Below, piece after piece: positions 46,718 to 56,525 of a stretch of DNA of 64,000 nucleotides; positions within the stretch are counted from its first letter, which is position 1; each line of letters opens with the position of its first letter. The DNA lies in IMG/VR virus record IMGVR_UViG_3300034072_002211, positions 62,001 to 126,000 of that record; one strand, 5' to 3'. The position numbers were made by a program, and so were the translations under genes. The notes beneath the pieces were generated by a model that did not search any database, had not been told where the DNA came from, and saw nothing but the letters and a program-made list of their open reading frames with translations.

Positions 46718-47652
46718 AGCTGACTGAGCTCCACTAGGGTAGCAGCCAGATTGATCTCAGCATCAGCGCAGATTGCGTGATTGCGAAGACCCTTGGCGAT
46801 GATCACAATAGCCAGGCTCTGCGTCATATCATCAGCACCAAAGAGGTGGAGATTCTTGTAGAGGAACTTGTAGATTTCCTCATAGTCATTGACGTCAGCA
46901 TTGGACACAATGGTCTTGCGAGCATCGGTGAAACGCTTGGCCTTGAACATCTCGACCACTTCGCCCATGTAATTGAGCGAGGTTGCGCTGGCTTCCTGAA
47001 GCGGGCTCAACTGACCACCAGTGGTGTGCTGGTCCAGCAGGTTGATGCACTTACGCAGGTCTGGATAGCTGTTGTTGACGTAAGCTTCCAGGCTGTCGAT
47101 TTCGTAAGCGACGTTCTCGAGAGCCAGGATCTCCATCACGCGACCAAAGAAGCTTTCCATGTCGAGCGCGTCGAAGTGGAAGCTCTGCATGCGCGAGTGG
47201 AGCGCGCTCATGATCTTGTGAGGCAGGTTACAGGTGATGATGAAGCGAACGCTATCAGCAAACCGCTCCATTTCATTGCGGAGGATTGCCTGCGCGTTCT
47301 GGCTCAGGTAATCGCCCTCGTCGATGAGAACAACCTTGTAGTCACCATTGGGGAAAGTGGAACAGAAGCCAACAATCTTGTCACGCACGGTGTCCACGCT
47401 GTTTTCACGCGAACCGTTGAGCTCCAGGATATCATACTTGTTCACGCCCAGCTCATTCAGCAGAAGCTTGGCTAGGGTCGTCTTACCAACACCTGGCGAA
47501 CCACTCAGCAGCAGGTGAGGAAAGGGAATGGTCTTCTGTTCGGGGTTCTTGACCCACTCTTCAATTTGCGCGCGGACGTGATCATTCTTGAACACATAGC
47601 CCTCGAGCGTGTGGGGTCGATACTTCTCAACCCAAAGATCTGGGGTGGCCAC
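46714..47652 (-). CDS. Clamp loader ATPase (RFC small subunit / T4 gp44-like)
   Basis: LWVEKYRP, GSPGVGKT, ELNGS, IDEGDYLS..AQ..LR, SR motif, PDLR. Confidence 0.93.
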   Translation of the reverse strand: MATPDLWVEKYRPHTLEGYVFKNDHVRAQIEEWVKNPEQKTIPFPHLLLSGSPGVGKTTLAKLLLNELGVNKYDILELNGSRENSVDTVRDKIVGFCSTFPNGDYKVVLIDEGDYLSQNAQAILRNEMERFADSVRFIITCNLPHKIMSALHSRMQSFHFDALDMESFFGRVMEILALENVAYEIDSLEAYVNNSYPDLRKCINLLDQHTTGGQLSPLQEASATSLNYMGEVVEMFKAKRFTDARKTIVSNADVNDYEEIYKFLYKNLHLFGADDMTQSLAIVIIAKGLRNHAICADAEINLAATLVELSQL

Positions 47653-47866
47653 GTTTGGCTTCTCCTATTGCGGTGTCTAACCACAATAGGTGAAAGACCG
47701 GTGAAACGTCAATTTACACGTGGTGTCGTGGCCCTCTAATATAAGGGCGCATCAGGGCACAAAAGTCGTAAAGCGTCCACGGCACACAAGCATGTAGAAT
47801 GATCCTCAGTGACGCTCGCTGGGCGTCTGAGAGCACATATCAGCCTGTGGACAACTCAGTGGATAA

Positions 47867-48136
47867 CTAGCCCCAACGCAGAAGAAAAAGCATTGCTTGC
47901 CGACGGGTGTGGAAGAAAAAGGCAAAGCTGGTATTGACTTGCCAAACACGACATCGCCAAGGGCGTTCTTCAGAGACATCTTCGATGCCATATTCCCGCT
48001 TGCCAATAGCAAAGCGCAGCCAGCGGTAAACCTCAGGCTGTAGAAGACTTGTGGCTTTTCCGCTTTCGTTATACTGGAACAGGGGACCTTTGTGGGGAAC
48101 AAATACCATCCATTCCCCACGCGGATTTTGGATCAC
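47867..48136 (-). CDS. FKLxW family protein
   Basis: FFFHTRRQAMLFLLRWG. Confidence 0.75.
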   Translation of the reverse strand: MIQNPRGEWMVFVPHKGPLFQYNESGKATSLLQPEVYRWLRFAIGKREYGIEDVSEERPWRCRVWQVNTSFAFFFHTRRQAMLFLLRWG

Positions 48137-48417
48137 TCTCCACCCCAGGCAAGCTTGAACGCCATAGCGTCTTTCTTGCTCTTGAAGTAAAAGTTACCAG
48201 TCCAGGCATACTTGTCAAAGACAGCGAAGCGGCCGTGGATCATGGGACCATTGCACCAGTCAACAGCCTGGTTCCGGCGCTCCACAAAGCCACTGCGGTC
48301 AGCGATCATACGACCCCACTGATTTTGAACCATGGCCGTGTCGCTATCCCGCATAGGGAAAGCAACCTTGTGCCATTCGGCTTCCATCTTAGGGTTGTAT
48401 TCTCTCAACTGTCCCAT
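48133..48417 (-). CDS. FKLxW family protein
   Basis: AVDWCN...FYFKSKKDAMAFKLAWGG. Confidence 0.8.
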   Translation of the reverse strand: MGQLREYNPKMEAEWHKVAFPMRDSDTAMVQNQWGRMIADRSGFVERRNQAVDWCNGPMIHGRFAVFDKYAWTGNFYFKSKKDAMAFKLAWGGE

Positions 48418-48730
48418 CTGACCAACGCAATCTATATACCAAAGAGTCCGCCGTGTTGGTGAACTCTACGAATAGCCTATAGACTCTGGGCTTGGTTTGT
48501 TCAATATCCTGCTCGACGGATTCGTAGCGGAGATTGTGGGGGATCTTGGCCTCGGTGAGCCAGGCCATGCGCTCTTTGAGAATGGCTGAGAATCGCTCAC
48601 CTTCACAGATATAGTTGTGGAGGTCAGTCCAGTCACAGGGTCGGAAAGTTTGGACCAAGACAACAGGATATTTGAGGCGGCTGAACCAGCCGCGTTCAGA
48701 TACGTCTGGTTCTATAGCTTCTGCGTGCAT
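48389..48730 (-). CDS. FKLxW family protein
   Basis: VEFTNTADSLVYRLRWS. Confidence 0.7.
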   Translation of the reverse strand: MHAEAIEPDVSERGWFSRLKYPVVLVQTFRPCDWTDLHNYICEGERFSAILKERMAWLTEAKIPHNLRYESVEQDIEQTKPRVYRLFVEFTNTADSLVYRLRWSDGTVERIQP

Positions 48731-48736
48731 GTGAGT

Positions 48737-48952
48737 TTAGCCGTGCGCCAGCTTGAAGAGCAGCGCGTCGTTGAGGTTGAAGAACTCGATGGTAACATGA
48801 CTATCCACGGGGTCACCGATATAGCCATGATACCATTCAAAGTCTTTTACTTTGTGGCGATGAAAACAGACAAAGTCGTTCATGCGCTCAAAGTGATCGT
48901 GATCTCTAACAAAGATCACCAACCTCAGAGGGTTAGAGGAGAGGACACTCAT
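48737..48952 (-). CDS. FKLxW family protein
   Basis: IEFFNLNDALLFKLAHG. Confidence 0.75.
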   Translation of the reverse strand: MSVLSSNPLRLVIFVRDHDHFERMNDFVCFHRHKVKDFEWYHGYIGDPVDSHVTIEFFNLNDALLFKLAHG

Positions 48953-49280
48953 CGGTTACCATCAGGACGCCCTTGAGGTCCACGCGCTGAACGTAGAAAG
49001 CCTCATCGTCACTGCCTTCTGGAATGGCAGTCTCGATACCATAGGTCCAACGGCCGTGCTCCACTAGGATCCACTGACCGGGCTTGAGATCGGACTGTTC
49101 TGGACCAACGCGCCACACCTGGCACCAACGTGGACGAATACCACGATCCTTGCCGTTGTCGTCGAGAACGATGATACCACCCTTTGAGATGGTCTCGCCC
49201 TGCTCCATGTTGACCACAAGAACGTGGTCCTTGATGGGACGGATGTCGCCGCTGATCTTGTTATAAACGGTTGCTGGCAT
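48933..49280 (-). CDS. groES: GroES-like co-chaperonin
   Basis: IRPIKDHVLV..E..SKGGIIV mobile loop, VGP, LKPGQWILV. Confidence 0.85.
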   Translation of the reverse strand: MPATVYNKISGDIRPIKDHVLVVNMEQGETISKGGIIVLDDNGKDRGIRPRWCQVWRVGPEQSDLKPGQWILVEHGRWTYGIETAIPEGSDDEAFYVQRVDLKGVLMVTDECPLL

Positions 49281-49309
49281 TGCTTGTCTCCGGTTTGCTA
49301 CCGAAGTCC

Positions 49310-49678
49310 TTAGTCGTTGCCGTTATCCACAAGCCTACGACCCTTCTTTGGTGCGAGGCCCTGAGGCATATCGGTTTCAGCCTTTGGCTCTGCCTTGCCG
49401 GTGAGGCGGGCAACAGCCTGATCAGGCGTCTCGAACACATCAGGAACTGCTGGCTTCAGCGAAACCTGCTGAGCAGCACCAGGGTTGCGGTTGTAATAAT
49501 CGCGAGCAATCTGTTCCCTGCGGACTTCGATCTGGCCATTCTGACCCAAGATATCCCCGCGGGCGTTCATCTTCGCGTTGCCAAGTGCGCGCGACTCTTC
49601 ATTCGCAGCACGCATAGCGTCCATGTCAATGACGACACCACGCATAGAAACTTGGGGCTTTCGAAAGTTGCGAGCCAT
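49310..49678 (-). CDS. Late hypothetical protein
   Basis: RGVVIDMDAMR...ALGNAKMNARGD; ATAAATA at 49707-49713. Confidence 0.75.
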   Translation of the reverse strand: MARNFRKPQVSMRGVVIDMDAMRAANEESRALGNAKMNARGDILGQNGQIEVRREQIARDYYNRNPGAAQQVSLKPAVPDVFETPDQAVARLTGKAEPKAETDMPQGLAPKKGRRLVDNGND

Positions 49679-49732
49679 TTGCTCCTCCTTAAACGACCTA
49701 TGCTTCTATTTATGCGTAGTTAAACCAGGGGT

Positions 49733-50266
49733 TTATTTGAGGAACTCGCGCACATCTAAATCAAAAGCCAAGCTATCCACACGATGAACGCCAATCTTGT
49801 AAAGGATGTAGGAAGCCACACTGGAACCACGTCCCACACCCCAGACAATTCCGCGCTCACGGAAGTTGTCAACAAGGTAGATAAGACAGCGGAGAACAGG
49901 AATCATCTCCCGCTCTTCAAAGAGCACCCACTCTTCTGCGATGCGCTGGATCTCCGGTTCGGAAGCACAACGCTCCACAAGCCATTCCAGAACATCCAAA
50001 CTCGCATATGGCTCTGGGGTAAACCATTGCGCTTGGTGTTGAGCATCATTCTCTTCCACGGAGATCGTGGGCTTTTCGTAGATGCTCACTTGATCTTCAG
50101 GGTGGTCTAGTTCTCGGCAAAGCGCGTTGAACTTGGACACACCCTCGTTCTCGAGAGCCGTGAGTTCCTTGGAGAGTTCAGCACCCCGCATCAGATGGTC
50201 AATCAGACCATCTGAATCAAAGAGCACATTGCCCCACTCGTCAGTCTTGCGACCCTTGAGATCCAT
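49733..50266 (-). CDS. Stand-alone fragment resembling DNA polymerase III alpha
   Basis: IVWGVGRGSSVASYILYKIGVHRVDSL resembles DnaE GxGRGS(A/V)xSL(V/I)xYxLGIT. Confidence 0.7.
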   Translation of the reverse strand: MDLKGRKTDEWGNVLFDSDGLIDHLMRGAELSKELTALENEGVSKFNALCRELDHPEDQVSIYEKPTISVEENDAQHQAQWFTPEPYASLDVLEWLVERCASEPEIQRIAEEWVLFEEREMIPVLRCLIYLVDNFRERGIVWGVGRGSSVASYILYKIGVHRVDSLAFDLDVREFLK

Positions 50267-50973
50267 TAGTCGACCTTACCGCCTTCGATTACCTTGGGGC
50301 GAAACTCTGGGCGAACAACCACAGTGTCAGGCTTGCTGTTTGGCTCAACCATCTGTTCCGCAATGAAACCCAGGCTGTAAGCCCACTGAGGCGGAGTATT
50401 GAGATCATCCTCATCGCTTGGGATCTGATCCAGCGTGCTCGCATCAGCACGGTTCCACCAAGCCTTGCTGAACCAGTTGCGTTCAGTCAACCACTCTTCC
50501 GCAGTTGGGAAGGACTCACCGGGAGTGCCACCTACAAAGAGGAAGCTCATGCCACGGGCATCGGTAGATTCAACTTCGATGCTGTGAAAATCAAAGGCAC
50601 CCTGAGTGATTGCCTTAAGCTTGACTAGTAGGAGTTCGCAAAGAAGCGCATCAGTTGGCTCTTCTGGACAAAGCATCACGTTGTTGGAGGTTTCCGGGCC
50701 ATTGTCGCCCAGGAATGCCATAGCAGCCCACTCATTCTCACCGTTGATGATCACGCTGTTATCGACGACCTTCTCGAAGAAATAGGCCATCTTTGCCAGC
50801 GCGATTTCCATGCGAACCGCATAGTCATCGGTGTCAACATCCAAAGTGCTGATGTCGCACTTGACCTTGATATTAGTGGGGGAAAGACGTTGCCCAATAA
50901 CCCGTGTGGCCTTGAATTCATGGCGCAGGCTAATGAAGAGATGATTGGGCAGAATTTCGTTATCTTCGTCCAT
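50266..50973 (-). CDS. Hypothetical protein, possibly a degenerate QueD/PTPS-like T-fold
   Basis: Start MDEDNE; FFEKVVDNSVIIN and EEPTDALLCELLLVKLKAI..HSIEVES echo QueD LDHxxLN and PTxENLA; no Zn-binding His pair. Confidence 0.5.
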   Translation of the reverse strand: MDEDNEILPNHLFISLRHEFKATRVIGQRLSPTNIKVKCDISTLDVDTDDYAVRMEIALAKMAYFFEKVVDNSVIINGENEWAAMAFLGDNGPETSNNVMLCPEEPTDALLCELLLVKLKAITQGAFDFHSIEVESTDARGMSFLFVGGTPGESFPTAEEWLTERNWFSKAWWNRADASTLDQIPSDEDDLNTPPQWAYSLGFIAEQMVEPNSKPDTVVVRPEFRPKVIEGGKVD

Positions 50974-51146
50974 TATAATCCCCAGTGTGGGACATAGGAC
51001 TCTAGCCGCTTGAAGCGCGGCATGTAGGAATTGCTGGGCCCAGCAACACAACTACAAGATTTGAGCAGCCCTTTGTTGAGCATCCTGTCGTCGTTCGTTG
51101 TATTTAGCGAAAGGGTTGCTAAACCGACCCTCTCTGAACCCGCTTC

Positions 51147-51196
51147 CTAACCAGTTCCCTATGCCTTATTCTTTGTCAACATAGCGAACTGGTTAG
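51147..51196. terminator. 17-bp imperfect inverted repeat just after the large fibre gene
   Basis: ctaaccagttccctatg-N16-catagcgaactggttag, 1 mismatch. Confidence 0.55.
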
Positions 51197-51206
51197 CAGG
51201 GAGTCA

Positions 51207-54200
51207 TTATGTGAATAGCCAAGGACGGTAGTTGTCACCCAGCTGGGGCTCAGGACCATCTGCGCGAGTTGGTGATCGAGCATCGTCAGCGGTGATCAAG
51301 AACGAAACCGCTGCGAACGTTGCGTCTGCGTAGGTTTCCGACCTTGCCTTGAACGCGAACTTGACGAATCGCTGTGGGATGACCAATGCCTTATCAGACT
51401 TTGTCTCAGATCGAGCACCGGGTTCCAAGCCCACCAGACCAAATCCGGTGATCGCCGGACGGTCAGCAATCGTCCTGCTTCTCGTCGCAGAAATAAAGCT
51501 TGGCCTCTCGATACCATACCACTGATACTGAGGTTCAGGTGGTTCCTCACCAGAGAAGATATAAGAGTGCGTTCTGGTGGTCACATCATCCGCGCGAGTC
51601 TCGCTGCGTCCAATGAACCCTTCCTCGACCGTGCTTGGCTCATGCCATTCGTCAGCACGGGTCTCACTGTTGGCCTTGTTGACAATCACAATGTCAACGG
51701 TGACCACTGCCCTATCAGCGCGAGTATAGGAAACTGCCTCTGGCTGAATTTCAGGAACATCTGCGAGAGTCTCAGACCTGCCCGTTACTGGGGTACAGAA
51801 CTGCTCAAACTTTGGCTTGATTTCATCTCGGTCCTGATAGGTAGCCGACCTAGCCTTGAAGCCGCGGGGACGTGCCACATCATCTGGTTTGATGGTATCA
51901 GGATCGTCAGTGTAGGTTGGCGAACGATTACCATTGATGTTGAGAACCGTTCCCGGAATGAGGGTCAGGCCGGCCTGGTAGTTATCCGCGAAATCAATAG
52001 CCGCAATGTCATTGATTCGACCCACACCCGAACGAGTGCTCGTCTTGAGCAATGGGGTAGAATCTGGCAGCTTGTAACCAGAGCTGCTACCAATAGACTG
52101 AATTGGATTTAGATCAGAAGTGGTGGTGCTCCTGTAGGCATACATATAGTTGCCTCGGGCCTCAAGCCTCAAGCGCAACGGTAGCGTGAGCTGATTCTTG
52201 TTGACCCTAGTGAACTCAACGGTGGTCGTCGCATAACGGTAGCCAAAGACTAGGCTATCATTCTCAAACCAGATACCCACAAAGTGCTCCGAACTAGCAG
52301 CCCTTATGATGAGTGGCATCTCAAGGTTAACAACTGGGTAAGAGTATAGAGTACACTCAATCCAGTGGTTGAGGTTCAGCGTTGGCTTAGTCCAGATAGC
52401 CGAGGACTTGGTGCCGCTGAGCAAGCTCAATCGTCCATTTGCACTGACAACCGCCTTCTTGGGATCGCCCTGAAACTCAGTTGTCATGAAGTCGAAGCCC
52501 AGATCCACCAGAGGCGTTCCTGCCGGAGCATCAAAGAATTCGCTCCACACGATGTCTACGCGAGGAACAACATCCGAGCGAGTTTCTGAACGGGCATCAA
52601 CGGCAACAGGGAAGAAGCGAGGCGGACCAATGTTGTCACCTGATTCATAGTTGTCCGCAACACCATACGCATAAGCAGAGCTGGTGTTACCAACCTCATC
52701 CATGAAACCCCAACCGGTTTCAGTTGCTGTCAAGAAACCATCATATAGGTTAGAGCTGGCTGTGTATTCGTGCAAGAAGGTCTTGGCATCCCTGACCTTC
52801 ATTGGGCCAGTGAATACCTGAATCTTGTTGTCCTGGACTTCAATACGGAGGCGACCCTGGTAGGAAGCAGAACCAATATCGCGCTTAAATCGTCCTGGAG
52901 AGTAGAGGAACATCCTACCAGAGCTACTAGAGACTGGTTCCACCAAGATGCCCACAAAGTTCGAGTCACTCATAACTCGAACAGCACCTGCGATGACCGA
53001 AGAACTTCGAAAGTTAGTAGAACCTAACCAGTCAAATTCGATGTAGTGGCGAGGTGTCTCAACTGGCTTAACCCAGAATTTTGGATAAGTCTTCTGGCCT
53101 TCTTGGACCAGTTCAGTAACAGAGGCGCCATACTCTGCCTGGAAGCCCCATGCGACCACATCACCACTGTTGAGTGTGGAGTTCTGAACCAAAGCGGCAT
53201 GCCAACCCATTGCGCCTTGAATACCAGATTGGGTCGCAGTGAAGTTTATACGCTTTGGTGTTTCATCGACAGTGATGTCATCGGAGTATTGGGTGGTGTA
53301 GTTACCGTCTCTTGCAATCGCACCAAGCCTGACTGTGGTCGTTCCAGAAACACTGGCGACATAACAGGAAAATGTATTTCTAACGGTGCCGCCGCTACCG
53401 AAACCAGGAACGTCAGGAATTGGGGTGCTCCTGATACCAGACATGGCTCCTGGAGCGAACCTCACGATTGTTCCGTCCGGACGTCCATTGAATAGCGGTG
53501 TTGAGGCATAGCCAAGTTTCTGAGCACCACCGATAATCGTCCAAGCAGACGTCATCAAGTCATTGCTCTGAGGGAGAGTATTCGCACTTAGGCTTTGGAG
53601 TGTGAGTCGGTTAGCCCAAGCTGAATAGTTGTCCCTTGAATAAGAACCAGAACCCTTGGTAGTGAAGTTGCGGTTGACAAGTTCACCCAGATTGGATTCA
53701 AATGGCTCAACCCAGCGAGGTACGTTATGGGAGTCAGGAGCCGGCAAAATACTGATTGGATCAGAACCGTCAGTTTCTGAGCGACCCTTGATTGGAGTCA
53801 TATAAGCGGGACTAAACCCTGCTTCATAGTTGTCCAATGTTGCGGTAGCGGCACCAGCCCAGGCATAATAACCAAAACCTACCTTGGTGGAGTTCACATC
53901 CCAAAGAGAACTGCTGATAACCAGGCCACCTGGGATCAAAGAATGGGTAGGCTTTGAACCCACTGGACCAACAAATAGGAACAGACGATCATCAGCAACT
54001 TCTGCTCGAACTCGACAAGGTGGACTACTCAGCCCCGCAGGCCAAGCAGCAGGAGAGATTTCCATGAGGGCGTTCGCATTCATAGGTCCAATACGGAGGC
54101 GCCCATTTACATATCGAACACCGATGCTTTTGCTATAAGAGTCAGCGCGGAGCAAAATAGGAAAGTGCTGGTCTAGCACTGTGCCTAGGAAGTCCACTTC

Positions 54201-54905
54201 AACATAGTGATTCCTTGTCCCAACATCATAGTTCCAAACCTGAATAACAGTCTGGCTGGTACCGGGCCTGTATGGCGTCAGAACTGGGCTGCGTTCCAAC
54301 TGAGCACCCCAGAGGACCATTTGAGGAGTAGCGCCATTAGCTGCCTGGGCAAAGCCAACCGTACTTGACGAGGTGGTATTACCAGAACCTGGAATCGTGA
54401 ATGTCCACGAAACCCTAGTTGGCGTTGTGGTGAGCTGAATCTCTGGTCCGGTTACCGTAGTGCTTGGGCTATCAAAGTAATAGGGACGGAAGCTACCAGT
54501 GCCACTTGGAACACTAGCCCAAACCGAAATAGTATAAGGAACACCGCGAGATAGACTCATGGTCCTCATGATACCAGACCATGATCCTGGGCCACCGGTA
54601 CAGAAGTTGAAAATGTAACCGTTGGTTGACCCGTCAGGCATAACCTGAGCGGACTTAGGACCTTGTGATGCCGCTACGCCTCCCGGAAGGCTTCCGGTCG
54701 ATGGGAAGAAGCTGAAAATCTGCCAATAGCCACTGGCAGTGGACATAAACTCAGTCTGTTCGTAGAGATTATAGCGACCACCGGCCATCTGAAGCTGACC
54801 TGCGCCGTTAATTGTCGCCACGCCAGAGTTCTCAGTGGACTTGAAGCCCAACTGGGAAATATCAGTGCCAGCAGGCTGGCTAAAGTCCAGGTTCAAAATC
54901 GCCAT
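51207..54905 (-). CDS. Large multi-lectin virion fibre/spike, 1232 aa
   Basis: Three F..PAGT.L..LGF-type ConA-like modules, two CBM-like modules ending WG(A/F)Q(L/A)E, about 12 RSET(R)(A/S)D repeats mostly C-terminal. Confidence 0.8.
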   Translation of the reverse strand: MAILNLDFSQPAGTDISQLGFKSTENSGVATINGAGQLQMAGGRYNLYEQTEFMSTASGYWQIFSFFPSTGSLPGGVAASQGPKSAQVMPDGSTNGYIFNFCTGGPGSWSGIMRTMSLSRGVPYTISVWASVPSGTGSFRPYYFDSPSTTVTGPEIQLTTTPTRVSWTFTIPGSGNTTSSSTVGFAQAANGATPQMVLWGAQLERSPVLTPYRPGTSQTVIQVWNYDVGTRNHYVEVDFLGTVLDQHFPILLRADSYSKSIGVRYVNGRLRIGPMNANALMEISPAAWPAGLSSPPCRVRAEVADDRLFLFVGPVGSKPTHSLIPGGLVISSSLWDVNSTKVGFGYYAWAGAATATLDNYEAGFSPAYMTPIKGRSETDGSDPISILPAPDSHNVPRWVEPFESNLGELVNRNFTTKGSGSYSRDNYSAWANRLTLQSLSANTLPQSNDLMTSAWTIIGGAQKLGYASTPLFNGRPDGTIVRFAPGAMSGIRSTPIPDVPGFGSGGTVRNTFSCYVASVSGTTTVRLGAIARDGNYTTQYSDDITVDETPKRINFTATQSGIQGAMGWHAALVQNSTLNSGDVVAWGFQAEYGASVTELVQEGQKTYPKFWVKPVETPRHYIEFDWLGSTNFRSSSVIAGAVRVMSDSNFVGILVEPVSSSSGRMFLYSPGRFKRDIGSASYQGRLRIEVQDNKIQVFTGPMKVRDAKTFLHEYTASSNLYDGFLTATETGWGFMDEVGNTSSAYAYGVADNYESGDNIGPPRFFPVAVDARSETRSDVVPRVDIVWSEFFDAPAGTPLVDLGFDFMTTEFQGDPKKAVVSANGRLSLLSGTKSSAIWTKPTLNLNHWIECTLYSYPVVNLEMPLIIRAASSEHFVGIWFENDSLVFGYRYATTTVEFTRVNKNQLTLPLRLRLEARGNYMYAYRSTTTSDLNPIQSIGSSSGYKLPDSTPLLKTSTRSGVGRINDIAAIDFADNYQAGLTLIPGTVLNINGNRSPTYTDDPDTIKPDDVARPRGFKARSATYQDRDEIKPKFEQFCTPVTGRSETLADVPEIQPEAVSYTRADRAVVTVDIVIVNKANSETRADEWHEPSTVEEGFIGRSETRADDVTTRTHSYIFSGEEPPEPQYQWYGIERPSFISATRSRTIADRPAITGFGLVGLEPGARSETKSDKALVIPQRFVKFAFKARSETYADATFAAVSFLITADDARSPTRADGPEPQLGDNYRPWLFT

Positions 54906-54916
54906 GAATCACCCAC

Positions 54917-54951
54917 AGAAAAGAATGGGTAGGCCCGAGAGCCTACCCATT
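54917..54951 (-). terminator. Rho-independent terminator with ATAAGTA motif fused to its 5' base
   Basis: aatgggtaggc-ccgaga-gcctacccatt followed by cttttct on the minus strand; tacttat at 54951-54957. Confidence 0.7.
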
Positions 54952-54974
54952 ACTTATTAGGACAGGAAACCCTC

Positions 54975-55355
54975 TTAACGTGGGTTACCAACTTCCCAGA
55001 TGTCGAACGCATTAACAGTCACCTGGCCCTGGTCAGCAACCTGGGTGGTGGTGATGTTGTTCACGAACTCAACGGTCTGATCGGCCTGGTTTACGAACAC
55101 CGCACAAGTGACCGAAGTCTGCGAGTTCGCAATACCAGTTGCGCCAGCAAAGCGCAGCTTGCGACCGTCGATGTCGCCGTTTGCGAGGGTCAGGTCAGCC
55201 TGGTTAATCGCGACTTCAACGACCTTGGTGGTGTTGCCAGTTGCGAAGTCAGCTGGAATGGTTGGGCAAAGCCACATATGAGTGATGCGTGCCTTGAGGC
55301 TGTTGAGAGCCGCATCCTGGTGCGCGGCATCAACATATGGAGAAGTAATAGCCAT
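54975..55355 (-). CDS. Small virion protein, probable fibre partner
   Basis: DAALNSL..HMWLCPTIP...LANGDIDGRKL; SD ggag. Confidence 0.7.
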   Translation of the reverse strand: MAITSPYVDAAHQDAALNSLKARITHMWLCPTIPADFATGNTTKVVEVAINQADLTLANGDIDGRKLRFAGATGIANSQTSVTCAVFVNQADQTVEFVNNITTTQVADQGQVTVNAFDIWEVGNPR

Positions 55356-55369
55356 GGTGTGTCTCCGTG

Positions 55370-56101
55370 TTAGACGGGCAGCTTGACGCGCTTACCGGTC
55401 ATTGTGAATGAAATGTTGCGGACCTCATCGTCAGTTTCAACAACGGTGAAGGCCAGGATTTCGCCAGTGCGAACAACCAGTTCCAGAGCGCCTAGGTTAA
55501 TAGGATCTGGGGTAAAGGCGAACACGCCCTGACGGTTGATCGTAATGGTTCCAAGAACCCTATTGTTCTTGTCCTTGATGCTGAACTTCGCACCATTAAT
55601 GGGAGGGATCATTGCGTTCCCCTTACCATTGAATGGATTACCAAAGTTCACATCAACACCAGCAGTCCAAACAAGCGTGGAGTTCACTGGTGGCTTTTCA
55701 GGGAAGAAGCAAGAAACAGTCTCCTTCTCCGCATATTCAGGCAAGGAAACCCTGATACGACCACCCGAGAGCTTCTCAATGATCAGATCATCATCAAAGA
55801 TGATTTCGGTAACATCCTGACCAAGAACCTTGAGGGCTCCACCAACATCACCCTTGTCGCCCTTAGGACCTTGAGGACCAATAGGCCCAATGTCGCCTTG
55901 ATCACCCTTATCACCCTTTGGTCCTTCTGGTCCTGGGGGACCAGCACGACCGGGAGCAAACGGTGCATCAATGCTATTGCCTAGGCTTCCACCCGAGTTA
56001 CGGCGCTTGCTGAAGTTGCCAGTTCCAGGCTGAACCTGGATACCGTCGGTACCACCAATGCCCTCGGATGAGCCGTCAAGATTACCAATAGATCGTGACA
56101 T
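55370..56101 (-). CDS. Collagen-containing virion protein
   Basis: N-terminal SRSIGNLDG..GIGGTD shared with 58376; Gly-X-Y run; C-terminal domain shared with 11376 and 58376. Confidence 0.8.
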   Translation of the reverse strand: MSRSIGNLDGSSEGIGGTDGIQVQPGTGNFSKRRNSGGSLGNSIDAPFAPGRAGPPGPEGPKGDKGDQGDIGPIGPQGPKGDKGDVGGALKVLGQDVTEIIFDDDLIIEKLSGGRIRVSLPEYAEKETVSCFFPEKPPVNSTLVWTAGVDVNFGNPFNGKGNAMIPPINGAKFSIKDKNNRVLGTITINRQGVFAFTPDPINLGALELVVRTGEILAFTVVETDDEVRNISFTMTGKRVKLPV

Positions 56102-56150
56102 CAGACCCCTCCAAAAATACTCACTATTTATAGGAGGGGCCCGATGTATA

Positions 56151-56525
56151 TTATTGGGACTTCTTGCCTGCTTCCGTATATTCCTTGTTGAAGCTAGGAA
56201 CGGGCAGATTGGAGGTCTTCTTGGCCTGAGCTGGCTTTACGACCTTGGCATTTGCGTCTTCAGTCTCAGCCTTGCTCTTTGCGAACTCTGGGTCAGATTC
56301 AACAACCTCAGGAAACATTCCCTGGATTGCTTCAAAGGTCTGCTTCTTCAATCGCTCCTCTTTCTCCTCCTCAATCATCTCAAGCATCCACTGAAGCTGA
56401 GAGATCAGATCCCGGCTGGATCCCCACATATACGCCTTGTTGATGCGCTTGTGGATTTCGCTGGTCTTCTCGAGCAACTCGTCGTCGCTCAAGTTCTTGA
56501 AGGAGAGAAAAGGATGGTCAATCAA
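56151..56525 (-). CDS. Hypothetical protein
   Basis: HPFLSFKNLSDDELLEKTSEIHKR; ATGA overlap with MazG. Confidence 0.75.
   Translation of the reverse strand: MIDHPFLSFKNLSDDELLEKTSEIHKRINKAYMWGSSRDLISQLQWMLEMIEEEKEERLKKQTFEAIQGMFPEVVESDPEFAKSKAETEDANAKVVKPAQAKKTSNLPVPSFNKEYTEAGKKSQ

Noticed and set aside
47714-47836. 40-codon GTG ORF in the gap before the clamp loader
   Set aside because: Weak SD, no motif, and it abuts a predicted promoter; cannot be supported
43127-49331. Perfect DnaA boxes at 43127-43135 and 49323-49331
   Set aside because: Both lie inside coding sequence, are isolated, and are near chance expectation
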